Shown piece after piece: positions 14,101 to 26,434 of a stretch of 64,000 nt of DNA. Under the pieces are notes generated by a model. It had not been told where the DNA came from. It did not search any database and saw only the letters and a list, made by a program, of their open reading frames with translations. The DNA is from Lingula anatina (lineage: Eukaryota; Animalia; Brachiopoda): positions 19,916,567 through 19,980,566 of the forward strand of contig CM120649.1 of assembly GCA_051362555.1 (NCBI GenBank), given 5' to 3'. The stretch's first letter is position 1, and each line of letters opens with the position of its first letter. The translations under genes and the position numbers were made by a program.

Positions 14101-16427
14101 GTTTACTGTGCTGTCTGTATATTGATATCGACAGAAGAAACATTATGACTTGTTATATTAGTCCAAATAGCTATTCCGATATACACGCCATCGACTACCA
14201 AAAAAGTATATGTGCAAATGTGTTGAGGGATGTGCGCTCTTAATTTTTTTTTCTACGTTCTTCTTTAAAATCAACGAAAACCGATGTATCATTGATTATG
14301 TTTGCTAATGATGCGAGATTTCAGTCTTTGGTGGATATTTTGCTATGTATAATCAAGTTGCAACGATGTGATATTTGTTACTAAAGTTGAGGCTGTAAGA
14401 GGTTCAAAGTCCAGGTGCTCCTGTCCCGTTCATGCACATTACAGTACTTATCTCAGATAATGTTCCTTCCAGCCTGCGAAGCTTCAACAACTGCTCCCCC
14501 TATCGGTCCACCAGGCAGGCAAGTGGCCACGACGACAGAAGACACTATACAGGACCCCCTCACGTCTGCTTTTCCAATAGGCGTGACGATTGCAGCTTTT
14601 ACCGGAAGTGTTTGTAGCCTCGCTTTCATAATAGCAGCAACTGTTTGCTTGATCAGGAAAAACAAATGTAAATTTAGTAAGTCTTGCTTTTATCTTTAAC
14701 GCATTTAAAGATTATCTGAACCTGTTTACTAGCTTACACATGTGCAAGGAACTGAACAATTTTGTCTACAACAGATGCTAGAAATATCCACTTACCTTAA
14801 AATGAGTTCTTCCTAACGATTTCTCTCCGCGGTGCTACTACATTGTACATTGCACTAGCCCTTGTCAGTAGGTAATTAAATTTATCCAAAATGTCACAAA
14901 AAGCCGAACCAGACTGATGAACATAAAGTGGGGTTTTTAAATAGCACCACAGACTAGCAAAGCACATATTTTGGGGAAGATGGTGTTCTTTTCCTTCTTC
15001 CAGTTTCAATGAAAATGTCCCGCTACGACGAGAACGTTAGACTGGACCAAGATGGACTCCAATTCCTTGGCAGAAAAGGTATTTCTGGGGTGTTATAGAT
15101 ACTTTTCTAAGTATTCCGATCAATAGGGCTTGGTCTATACTTCATGTTATTAAATACAGTGCTATACATGTTCTGCTTTTCAATACCCTATCTCGCACTA
15201 GGCCTTATGACCTATGATGGGACATTGTGGGGAGTTTATTTACGGAGATTGTATTTTCTTTTTTAAATTCAAGTACTAAAGTTTGTAATTTATAGAAGTG
15301 TTACAATTTTTTTTTTTTTGAAAAGAGTTTCTCCCATTGGAAATTCTCTAGAAAACTAGCTAGTTAGATTTTTTTCTGAATTTACAGAATTGACAACGTC
15401 CAGTTGCGCCAGCCGCCAAAGGACAGTTCTTGTTCTTTTCTCCCATGAGCACCCGCGCCACACTACAGTGGTGCTTAACTTTGCCAGCGTCCTAAAAGAA
15501 ATGTTTAACTTTGACATTACTGTTGATATGTGGTCAACACAAGATATCGCCGCCATTGGAAAAATTGAATGGCTGACTAAAAATATCGAACGCGCCCACA
15601 GTATCATCGTTGTCTGTTCCGTGGACGCTAACAGAGTTTCCAGAGCGCAACAGGAAAAGAAAAGCTTCAGTAGGCCTATACCATGCCAGCATGACCCATA
15701 CGGCGATATGTTCACCCTGGCGCTTAGCATGATACGGCGTCGAGGTCTAAAGGACGAGATTTACAAAAAGACCGTCTGCACTCGTTTTCATTACACTCCA
15801 GAGTTTTCTTTACTTGATGGGTGTCATACTTTTTGTCTCTTGAACGACCTCAAGGGCGTGTTGGAGTTTATACAAAGCGGATCACAAAAAATAGAATGTG
15901 CTTTAAGTGAAGCATCTCCTGAAACTGTTCGCGCTTGGCAGCGTCTCAATGAATCTATTGAGGAAGCAGATCGTTATTTTAGAGGAAATACAAAATGGTG
16001 GAGTGATATGTTTGGACTGCGCATGTCCCAGTGTCCCGAACACGACCTGGAAATGGCCGAGGAGTCGTACGATAGCGGTATTGTATGTAATGGTGACATA
16101 GGCAGGATTGTAAGGTTGCAGTCCTGTGGTAAAAGCGGCACTCACATGCAAGTCTTTCCAAGTGAAAACAATGGCTTTACAGCATCAACGCTTCAACAAC
16201 ACACTCAGCTTTTGGCGAATGGATGTCGTTTTCCGGTTTTAAAACCGCCTCGTGATGTCGATAACCTCAGCAAAACGTTCAGCCAAACTGCTCGAGAAAT
16301 AAACGCCGACTGCGAAGGAGATTTTGATTTGTCAGGAGACGAGATATCTGATATGCAGGAACCCTGGCTTACCAAAGAAATCGAAGACAATTTTTCACTG
16401 CAAAGTGGAGAACAAATCTCACTTTGA
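7719..16427 (+). CDS. Interleukin-17 receptor-like protein (signal peptide, ectodomain, TM, SEFIR), ~723 aa, 11 coding exons
   Basis: GT-AG exons 7719-7811, 8040-8073, 9386-9517, 9891-9991, 10354-10504, 10804-10976, 11452-11505, 11998-12112, 14473-14676, 15004-15078, 15388-16427 join in frame (2172 nt). Signal peptide MALKSTLICTALLAL; TM IGVTIAAFTGSVCSLAFIIAATVCLI; SEFIR motifs VLVLFSHEHPRH..VVLNFASVL, VDMW, IIVVCS, DPYGDMF. Confidence 0.85.
9203..9317. repeat. (TAC)n microsatellite
   Basis: Degenerate TAC repeat in an IL-17R intron. Confidence 0.8.
12186..12527. mobile_element. Small TIR element with a nested Harbinger-like MITE (~12278-12499)
   Basis: Outer CTACTCGTCGTCCA...TGGACGACGAGTAG; inner copy has the GGGGGTTCACGCTAAA core shared with 40590 and 50589. 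Confidence 0.65.
12702..13779. mobile_element. Non-autonomous PIF/Harbinger-like DNA transposon, 1078 bp
   Basis: TIR GGCCACACTTTTT..TTTATGGATGACATCCT at both ends; TAA target duplication at 12699-12701 and 13780-13782. Confidence 0.85.
13935..14069. mobile_element. 135-bp palindromic MITE with 8-bp TSD
   Basis: CACCCTGAGCTTCAGAGC...GCTCTGAAGCTCAGGGTG is a near-perfect palindrome; GATACAGG duplicated at 13927-13934 and 14070-14077. Confidence 0.9.
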
Positions 16428-18586
16428 GTGCCTAGGGGTGGGGGGGTGGTGGGGGGGTGGGGGGGGGGGGAACATTGACACCTTATTTCGCTGTGCAACA
16501 AAATCAGACATGAACAGAACTCTTGCTAGAAGGTTCAAAATATTGCTGAAAAAAAGAGGTGCCTATCTCGAGGGCCCCGTCTACTGTATACCTTTATGTA
16601 CTGTTTCTATTAATTTCATAGTGCTTTAGATGCTGTGTTTCTTTACATCTTAGTATTCTACAAAGTTTTTTTTACCAAAGAGTTTATGTACATTGTACTA
16701 TAGATCTGTGTCATGTTTCCAAAATCTTCATGTAGCATTTAGTTGTCCTTGACATATTTTAGTCAGTGGCCCAAGAAGTTCTCCATATTTACTACAGAAG
16801 GGCCCCAGGGAAGAATCTTCTCGATGAAACTTTTGGATAAAATTATATGTTTTTTACATTGTATTCGTGTGCTAACCAATTTTCTATTTTAAGTTCACCT
16901 TGTGTTAAACGCGAATAAGTTTGAATGGCTATAATCCGCCTATCGCTTTGTTTTTACAATTTTATTTTAATAGGTAGGCTTTTAATAGGCTTGAATAGGT
17001 AAAAATCATGAAAATGTGTACGGAAATCGCAAAGCACACTAAGTGAGAAAACGGACGTTTTGGCCATGAAACCAGACTGGTACGGAATAGTTGTCCTTAA
17101 GATGAACTTCTAAACCAGACACCGTGAGCGTTTGCTTTAGTAGAGATACCCTGTAGCTACATCGTTTTAATTAAAATACTGTTGTTTTTATTAATCAAGA
17201 GTACAAAGGCAGCACAAGTCGTAGTTAATTGTGTCAAATTAAGTATGTTGTGTAGTTCGTAGAACTGATCATTTGCCGAGGCTCTAATTCATTCATACTA
17301 ACTAACCGTGACCAAAATTGAAAATACTTCTTATTGAGCACAAGTACTCACATGTATGAATATATTATGTCAGATATGCCTATTTAGACCAAATTATTCT
17401 TTAAAAAGTTGAAAAGTTGTTCAGATCTATTCAGATGTCTTTTGCCGCCACAGAGTTTTAGAAAGTAAATAAAAAAAATCTTGTTCTGCTTTTGGTAGAA
17501 GCGTCAACAAAAGTCGTTACGTTGTTATGAAAGAATCGTCTCTCCTATATCCGTAAACTGATGGGTGATATTAGGCAAATCTAACATTACAACTGATGAC
17601 GTCTATACAATATATTATGTTGTGGATAAATACGTCTCTCATATTTTTGTGTTTTTTTATTTTTAAGTATTGTCCCGTGTGATTTTGGTTTTAGTTGTTT
17701 TCACTGTAAGACCTCTCGCGACGTTTCGGCTATTATTCTTAAAAGCGAATAACATACCGAAATTAAAAGAACAAGCTAGAAATGCATCAACATATATACA
17801 AAAATCTTTAAAAATAGCGGCAAGGTTATTAGCTCAGATAAAATTTCAGTTTGTGAAATGTGTATGAAGAGTTCAATATGCATGTCAAGCCAGTAATTAT
17901 GCCAAACCATTGCCACTAAACCCATTCAAATGCCGCCATAATGTTTCGAATAATTTAATTTGAAGAGATATACCACAGAGTTTCGTAACATTATTTCTAG
18001 AAAATTGATCTTTGAACAGACACGTGCGGAGTCCGAGAGACCATCAGGAATCAGCGGCATCGCTTCTGAACTGTGGTCAGCCATATTTTGTGGAGAAATC
18101 CAGTAATAAATTATTATTCACAACCAATCGGTGGTTTCCATGGCAACGATATCGGATGAGAACCAGGCAGCAACCAAATCCTTTTTGGAGGCTAGCCAAA
18201 CAGGATGCAATTAAATATAGTAAATATGGTAGATGTCATTTCGCGGTTTTTCTAATGACACAATAGTGTATGAAATTGTTTAAGTCCTGTTCAGGGTCAC
18301 CTTGCGGTGTCCTGTCTGTTATATTACAGCAGTTCAGCACGGAGGATTTTCAGTTCAGTTTTTGACTACAAAGGTAGGCGTGTGTGTGTGTGTGTGTGTG
18401 TGCAAGACATTCTTAATGTTTAACTAAGGTGACGGTAAATTACCCTTATTTTTCGAGTCCTGTCGGAGACATTCCTCCGTGTTTGTCATCTACAGCACGC
18501 GTTATACGACAGATGCCATGCCTCAAAACCCAGGGTTATGGTACGATAAAATAAAAACTTAATTTGTACTAGGATCAGCCGCAGAG

Positions 18587-20103
18587 ATGACCGGTATCAG
18601 TGTTGTCATGGTGATTGGGGTAGCGACATTTACCCTCCTTCACGGCTGTGACAACACTACTGCAGTCTCTGTTGAAGATGATGTCAAGACATTGAAAGAC
18701 AAAGTTGCCGCCTTGGAGTTTCAGGTTCGGCAGCTGCTTGGAGGGAATCTAATGCAGGGTGAGTGAAAAACTATAACCAATGGGCGTACCTGTAAGACCT
18801 TTATGGAGCGAAGGAAATCACTTTTCTAAAGATATCCTCTTTAGGGATATGTGCCACCCAAAACTGCTGAGAAAAGTATAAGCTCTAAAAGTTCCTTGCA
18901 AGTTCTAGATTTTCCAGTCACAATGGCATTTATCAGCCTCTATTTCGAGGGGAACGATGGAGAGATCTGTGAAGAGTGATTGTTTGTATGAATATTTTAG
19001 ATATATATATATAGGGGGCCTATATTTGTATTAACCTAGCACGTCGTTCATGTTCTGATTGGTTCCGGGACGGGTTCGTGACAAATGGAAACTATCTGAT
19101 CGACCCTGACGGTCTCCGTGGCGTCTCGGATTTCTTGGTCTGGTGTGACATGACAGTGGTGCCACCTATCGCCGTCATCCATCATGACAAGGAAAACAGA
19201 ACCTTGGTAACCGGGTTTGAAGGCAAAGGCGCATACAGTTGTAAGTCATTTGAATCCTAATTAGAAAGAAAGATGTTTATGTTTCCAACGTTCCAACCAA
19301 GTTCAAGGCTTCTTTATTTCTCTATATGGAATAATAATAATAATAATAATAATATATTATATAGCCGTGTTTTGAAAGTCTGTATGCCATTGCTTTATGT
19401 CATATTTATGTTGTCAAGATGACGTGTCATACGCCAGTAGCAGTCAGCGAATCCGGGCACTGATGGCCAGATCTGGACCCTGTCACCAACAGCTGAAGTA
19501 CGAATGTCGGGGCGCGATCATTGAAACTTCATTGAACGGCAGCAGAACGTATTCTTATTGGATAGCTAACGGACAGGAAGTGACGTCATACTGGCCCGGA
19601 GGGAATGCGCAGTTGGGTGGATGTGCATGTTACCAGACCAAAAGTTGCGCAGGAGGTACCGTAGATATTTGAACTTTTTTCTTTCACGACAAAAAAGCAG
19701 TTTTATATTCACATAAGCATGTTATAAATCAGGGGCGGATCCAAGATTATCTGAAAAGGTGGGGGGGGGGGGGGGGGGCGCCGATGCGAAGCCTCCCCCC
19801 CCCCGGTTTAGAGTGAAGTGACTCTAGTGACTGAAGTGACTAGAGTGACTCAAATTTGTCATCATTTTATAATAATTTTATTCGTGTATGGTAATGAGCT
19901 GTTGTTAATTTAACAATTTTTGCGGTTTGTTGTTTACAGGAAAGAAGTGTAACTGTGACATGAATGATCTAGTCTGGAGAGAAGACAGCGGCCTGGTGAC
20001 AGACAAGGACGTTCTTCCTATCACCGGGTTGAGAATTGGTGACACAGGTGACGCTGGAGAGAAAGCCTACCCCACCCTGGGACCGTTGATGTGTGAGAAC
20101 TGA
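18587..20103 (+). CDS. Secreted protein: signal peptide + short coiled coil + contactin-associated protein/neurexin IV-type fibrinogen-like domain, ~257 aa
   Basis: Exons 18587-18758, 19040-19240, 19419-19655, 19940-20103 are in frame (774 nt). Motifs SCSDW..GNYLIDPDG..VWCDM, CHQQLKYEC, YWPGG, CNCDMND..WREDSG.VTDKDVLPI..LRIGDTG, LGPLMC; AATAAA near 20424. Confidence 0.85.
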
Positions 20104-20691
20104 TTGCCGGACTGAACCTTGCATCTGTATTTTACTTGACATTATAGGTTATATATTCGGTAAAGTCCATTTAAAATCATATGCTAAACGAGTTTATCTA
20201 TAAGCAGAAACTTCTCTTCTGGTCGCTGGAACAACTGGGAATGGTCTTACAATCTATTTTTGTTTCAGCGTAGAAAACGGTTTTGCTTCCTCTCTCTGGA
20301 TGGCCTTGGCATAGGCCGTATTTACTTTGCAATATGATTTCTCTGAAAAACTACGAATGCACAACACAACACTTTTATTCTTGCTGATAAACCTCTGAAT
20401 ATACGCTGTATGAATACAGAACAATAAACACTGTATTTAGCATGCATTTCTTAAAAATTGGTAAGTTGTCCTTTTTTATTGAGATGCAAATGCACTCCAA
20501 ACTTAGGAACTGCCTAAATGATCGAAGCAAAAGAAGTATGTATGACTTTTGTGGTAATTTATGAAGTAGTTTATTTGGTACAAACAGCCATTTCGTAGGA
20601 AGTGGGAAGCTGTCGGCTCTCCACGGATTTTAGCAGCCGTCTCGAGTGACTTCACTGCCAAGGTGACTGTAATCAAACCGCTTTTGTCTAA

Positions 20692-20733
<42 letters not shown>

Positions 20734-20836
20734 ATGGGGGGGGGGGGGTAATTTCTACTGGAAAAGAGGAGGATTGTCTAAATAGAGGAGAACTTCTACT
20801 CTTAAAAATACGCCATTACTTTTGTCAGGTTTCTAT

Positions 20837-21426
20837 TAGAGAGTTTTGGCAAGGCCTTCCGTACGACGTATAACGTGCGACGTCATCACTTTGTGCGTAG
20901 TTTTTCTCAAGGACAAGTCATAAGTCATACGGCACTACGTATGAATCGGTGATTACACGTAGGTAAGAAACGTATCGAATTTAATAGATTTACGCTTATT
21001 TCTTTCAAGTTTAACACACTGCAGAGGAATATATAGGGTGTTAAGATTCCACTGAATCACTTTTAGACGCTGTCGGTAGAAATACTCTGTGAAAACAGCT
21101 GGAAAAACAGCCAGTCAATCAGTCGTCCGTAGTAGTATCAAATTCAATTTAAGTTGATTTTTTTCATAAACAACAGGATCTGCGGCATCAATTGACGTAA
21201 ATAACACATTCCATTCAACATCTTAATTATTCATCTATCTAAAAAGAATCCAAATATTATAATATTTATATATAATATAAATAAAAATAATATTAAAAAA
21301 AAAAAAAACGCATACGGAGTGAGACCTGCCAAAACCACTGCTAGCTTTCTTGCGTACGTAAAACGTATTATTACGTATTGAACTATACGTTACACGTCAT
21401 ACGGAAGGCCTTGCCAAAACTCTCTA
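20837..21426. mobile_element. MITE ~590 bp
   Basis: TIR TAGAGAGTTTTGGCAAGGCCTTCCGTA / TACGGAAGGCCTTGCCAAAACTCTCTA. Confidence 0.85.
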
Positions 21427-21939
21427 ATGATAGAAAATCCCCCACGTTAGCCTCGGTTTTACATTGCTACGTTCAAGCCCGGTATGAATATGTCTTACCT
21501 ACCAGTATAATTACATGGCTTTAAAACATAGGAAATAACAAGCATGACTACTGCAATTCTTGGAAAACATGTCGGTTTTCGGAACTAACATAATGCAAAG
21601 TAACTTTAACATGGTATTTTAACTACAGGAAATCAATTGCGTAACAATATCAGTGTTTGTTTGCGTTGTCACGTCAACGCCCAGTATTTTACCTAATAAC
21701 ATAGATTTAAACCCCGCATATTCTTGGTAGATCTTGGAATAACATCTAAAAACTACAATAACGCAAAGTAACTTTGTTCAAAATGAATATCATTTTCCTA
21801 TTGCCTCTCTGTTATAAACACGCAAATAAAGAATACGTATACAGTATATATATAGAGCTATGTGTTCATAGCAAACGATTATAGCTTCGGTAGCACGTGT
21901 TTTCAAAGGTCCATCAATTCCCACCGGAAGTGAAGCGAG

Positions 21940-22954
21940 ATGTTGTCATCATGCGTGGTGTACATGGTAGTAATCTCTGCTGTCGCCGTCCAGTCCTTTA
22001 CCTTCAGCGCAGGCAAAGGAGGTGGCAGTCAACACAAAGACTATCCTGTCAATGAGGTATATTCAAGATCAAACTAGTTTAGCACGGCTTTTAATGCTAC
22101 AGCCTAGGGATTGCCATATCACTCCAATTTTAAAGCAATTACACTGGCTACCAGTTAGGGACTCCTCAAAATCCGCCACTGTGATGTTAAAAAGATATAC
22201 ACGTTAACACTTCCAAAACCTTTTTGTGTTCGCTGTGATGTGGTTCAAGCCTACTGACAGCAGATATACGGCGCCAAAGTTCACCCCTTGCGGCAATCAA
22301 TGCTATATTTGGCCATTTTAAATACTCGGTTTTCAGTTAACGATTTCGTTATTGTGTACAAAACTACTTTAATACATGTTACTTTTTTTCTTTAATACAG
22401 ACTGATATTGACAACTTGCCTAAATTTTGGACCCGCAAGATGCGCTACTTTTTCAACTTACTAGATGACGACCTGGACGGCGTGCTAACGCAACATGAAT
22501 TTCTGGGTATAATTCCCAACAGAATGGATCAATACTTTAGTAGAAACGAAGCGTCCGTTTTTAAAGCCATATGGCATTCAACTTGGGACTTTTTTTCGTC
22601 ACCCGAGAAAAGAATGACAATCTTACCGTGGAGGATGTGATAAAAATGCAGTCCAGATACCTCACCGTGCCTCACTTTCCAGAACACGGCGAGGCCTGGT
22701 TTCAAGAAGTGTTTAAACTGGTCCTCTCTCACGGGAACCAACTGATTGACTTGTCAGACTACACTGCTTTTCTGCAAAGCTTCGGCGTGGACCCAGAGAC
22801 GGCTCCAAAATCCTTCAACATCTTTGACAGCGATGATGATGGCTACTTGGATGAGAAGGAATACGTAAAAAACGGTTTGGGTTATTTTGCTGATGCAAAG
22901 CAGTCCTCAGGGAGGTATCTTTGGGGATCCTTTCCGCCAAAGAAGGTTGCATAA
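21940..22954 (+). CDS. Sarcoplasmic calcium-binding protein-like EF-hand protein with signal peptide; 1-nt frameshift (pseudogene or assembly error)
   Basis: Exon 21940-22056 (MLSSCVVYMVVISAVAVQS...) plus exon 22401-22954. FWTRKMRYFFNLLDDDLDGVLTQHEF and FDSDDDGYLDEKEY EF-hands lie in different frames, switching at the T7 (22590-22596) or A4 (22608-22611) run. Confidence 0.8.
22075..22165 (+). mobile_element. LINE (L2/CR1-group) ORF2 C-terminal remnant in an intron
   Basis: Translates as ARL...DCHITPILKQLHWLPV, the HITP.L..LHWLPV motif typical of L2-group elements. Confidence 0.65.
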
Positions 22955-23217
22955 CTCAAGTGTCATATCTTTAAGTTATTGCAGCAGTTTTGGAATGAGA
23001 AGTGATTTTGTGCTGGCATTTGGTGGGATAAGGATACCTGAACCTTAACATTTTATTCAGTAATAAAAATAATAATTCCGAGAAGATTCAAATTTCATGC
23101 AAATTTTGTGAGAAAGTCTATAAGATACACTGACATTAAACTGTTTTGGTCTTATACGTAAAGCTTTCACTTGAACTGAATTCTTTATTTTTGACAATGA
23201 ATTAATCAGTAGCTGCA

Positions 23218-23700
23218 TGGCCACTTTCACAACCAGTTGATCTACAGACTAAGAACCCATTCAGAACATAACATCCGATGATCTACTGATCCACGGATCA
23301 ATTATGGCAGACCCTACATGAAAGAAGAGCCGGCGTATCTGCTGACGGACTCACTGCCTCCACACGCGCCATTGGACGGATTAAATCACAGCTCGAAGGG
23401 TTAAGATTGCTAGACCCCTGGAAGGACTGCGCGTGTGGAGGCGGGAAGACCATCAACGGATTGGTTGGCTCTTCTTTCATGTGGGGTCGGCCATATTTGA
23501 TCCGTAGATCCTTTATCTTCTATTCTGGATGGCCTCTAACTGACCCGCTGATCAAATATGGCCGACAAACTCTGAAAAGCTCACCCCATAATTCTAGCAA
23601 GGAATCTATTCAATTTCAGGACTATGCAACATTTTAGAGGGCTTTCAAGTGAGCCAGCCACATCTGTTAGTCCACGGATCAAATGGTTGTGAATGCCCCC
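23218..23700. mobile_element. Diverged composite MITE
   Basis: Ends TTCACAACCAGTTGATC..GACTAA / TTAGTCCACGGATCAAATGGTTGTGAA resemble 5951-6148; inner ACATGAAAGAA inverted pair resembles 6263-6810. Confidence 0.6.
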
Positions 23701-24094
23701 TTGGAGACAATTCAAGGTGGACTACTGCTCCTGTTTAAGTATTCCGGAACTGCCCATAATAGAATTGAGTATTGTTGTACATTCCACTTTTGAATTGCAG
23801 GAGAGTCCAGCTTGAGGCAGACACGGTGAATAGAACTGATAATTGGGATGAACATTATAACAAATATTCTTTCTCTAATATAGCTTATGAATAGCTTATG
23901 GCAATGAAAACGTTATTTTCCATTGTGGTGGGCAAAAACATGGGCAATGATTGTTATTTAGTCTGAAAACTAATAAAAAACTGTTTATCATCAAACCTGT
24001 TAAAAGCATTTTGTTTTGCACCACAGAATCATACAAAAATTATAAAAATATTCATGCAGAATTGGGTTATCTTCAAATTATGTAGCTTATCTTA

Positions 24095-24885
24095 CTAGTG
24101 GGTCTTAACAAACGCGTGTTACACCTCGATTACCTTGACCCTCTGGGTGTCACCTACCAGTGGGTCTTAACAAACAGCGTCTGTCACCTTGAGTACCTAG
24201 ACTCTCTGGGTGTCACCTACGACTGGGTCTTAACGAACAGCGTCTGTCACCTTGAGTAACTTGACTCTCTGGGTGTCACCTGCCAGTGGGTCTTCACAAA
24301 CAGTGTCTGTCACCTTGATTAACTTGACACTCTGGGTATCACCTGCCAGTGGGTCTTAACAAACAGTGTCTGTCACCTTAAGTACCTAGACTCTCAGGGT
24401 GTCACCTGCCAGTCACCTTGAGTAACTTGACACTCTGGGTATCACCTGCCAGTGGGTCTTAACAAACAGCGTCTGTCACCTTAAGTACCTAGACTCTCTG
24501 GGTGTCACCTACCAGTGGGTCTTAACAAACAGTGTCTGTCACCTTGAGTAACTTGACTCTCTGGGTGTCACCTGCCAGTGGGTCTTCACAAACAGTGTCT
24601 GTCACCTTGATTAACTTGACACTCTGGGTGTCACCTGCCAGTGGGTCTTAACAAACAGTGTCTGTCACCTTAAGTACCTAGACTCTCTGGGTGTCACCTG
24701 CCAGTCACCTTGAGTAACTTGACACTCTGGGTATCACCTGCCAGTGGGTCTTAACAAACAGCGTCTGTCACCTTAAGTACCTAGACTCTCTGGGTGTCAC
24801 CTACCAGTGGGTCTTAACAAACAGCGTCTGTCACCTTGAGTAACTTGACTCTCTGGGTGTCACCTGCCAGTGGGTCTTAACAAAC
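24095..24885. repeat. 63-bp minisatellite (~13 units) with ~292-bp higher-order period
   Basis: Unit CCAGTGGGTCTTAACAAACAGCGTCTGTCACCTTGAGTAACTTGACTCTCTGGGTGTCACCTG; the TCTTCAC variant recurs at 24291 and 24583. Confidence 0.95.
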
Positions 24886-25792
24886 TGCATTTATTTGAAG
24901 ACAACTGATTACAAAAGAATACGTTTTGTTTGTGGCCAGATGCTTTGTCCATTGTTCCGGTTTGAAGTTTCTCAAATGCTGTAGCAGCAGAACTGATCTT
25001 TATCTCAATTTTTTTGACAAGAATGTTGTCAGAAGAGATTGTGATTCAAGTAGTCAAATGCCATTTACAGAGCATTCAGATAAACCCATCATTCTAGCTG
25101 GATCGATCTAACTCTGCTGGGATTATAGCTTTAGTGCAGTCAATGTAATCAGTTAAATTGTCTGACATGGTTAGTCTATTATCATTATTATTATTACTTC
25201 AAGCAGAAATTTTATTAACAATTTATTTTATTTACAAACTCATTTTCAGCACTTCCCATATTAAGTGATTGTAAAATTTGTTATGCAATGAAATAATAAT
25301 AACATAGATATCATGTATAGCACTTTGATTATATACTTCAAATATCTAAGCTACAATTATCTTTAACTTTACAATTGTCACAATTAAAAAAATACAACAG
25401 GCTGTACAATGATAAATAAACGTTTCAAATTACACAAGTGGAACAAATGTCTTCAGTAATGTACAAAAGGAGATTTTAGTTCTGTATTCTGTTCAACTAA
25501 ATTGAGCAGAATGACAGATTAAATGTACATTATTGTCCCAGTCACTGGCATTTGTGACTTTAAGTCAAATTTTGCCCAACAGATTTGAAGCATAATACAA
25601 TGCCTTGCCTAGTGTTATTCTGTCCCAGCAAAAGGCACACGTATCCACAGAATTGTGTTATTTGATGGAAGTCCTAATGGTAACAGCACATCACTACAGT
25701 GAGTTTGGTTTAAGATTAACATTCAACAGTCAATGTTAGCAGAGAGTTGCCCAATCCTCTTCAATCTTGTCATGAAACACTCCAAAAGTCTC

Positions 25793-26398
25793 CTAATTAT
25801 CTGGTAACCTTTAAAAAAAGTAATAAAACAATATCAATATTTTAGACCAAAATAGTACAGCTACAAAGCATACCACATGCTTAATCTCCACATATGACTT
25901 TTAGGTCAGACATCTAAAGTAACTTTTCTCATAACTCTTTCAGCTTCGGTGAAGTTTCACCTTAAATTTTCAAAATATACTGAAACAAGGCAGCAAAACT
26001 GTCAAATTTTCAGACATAAAGTAGGAAAAACTGTCCATTTTAAACATTTTTTTACATAATACAAAATAACCAATTAACTATCATTTTATATGTTCAACTA
26101 AGATAATTGTCGAGAAATAGAAATATCAGTAAAACAATTTTTATGTCTAATTGGCTCCATTCTGAAAATATGAACATAGTGAAGGATTGAGTCTGAAAAA
26201 CTGCAATGACATGAGTTTATTACCATTTTTGACTCTTTTTTTATGCAATGCATGATAACAGATTAACCATCAGTTTTACATAATCAACCAAAAAAATTGT
26301 TAAGATGCAGAAAATGTCAAAAGAACAATTTTACGTATGCAATGAGTTCAATACTGAGACTGTAAACATACCTAAGAAAAGACACTGAGGAAACGCCA

Positions 26399-26434
<36 letters not shown>

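Noticed and set aside
25735-25790. Protein-like frame ETFGVFHDKIEEDWATLC on the minus strand
   Set aside because: It lies just after the predicted FASTKD stop codon and is treated as 3' UTR; there is no evidence for readthrough.
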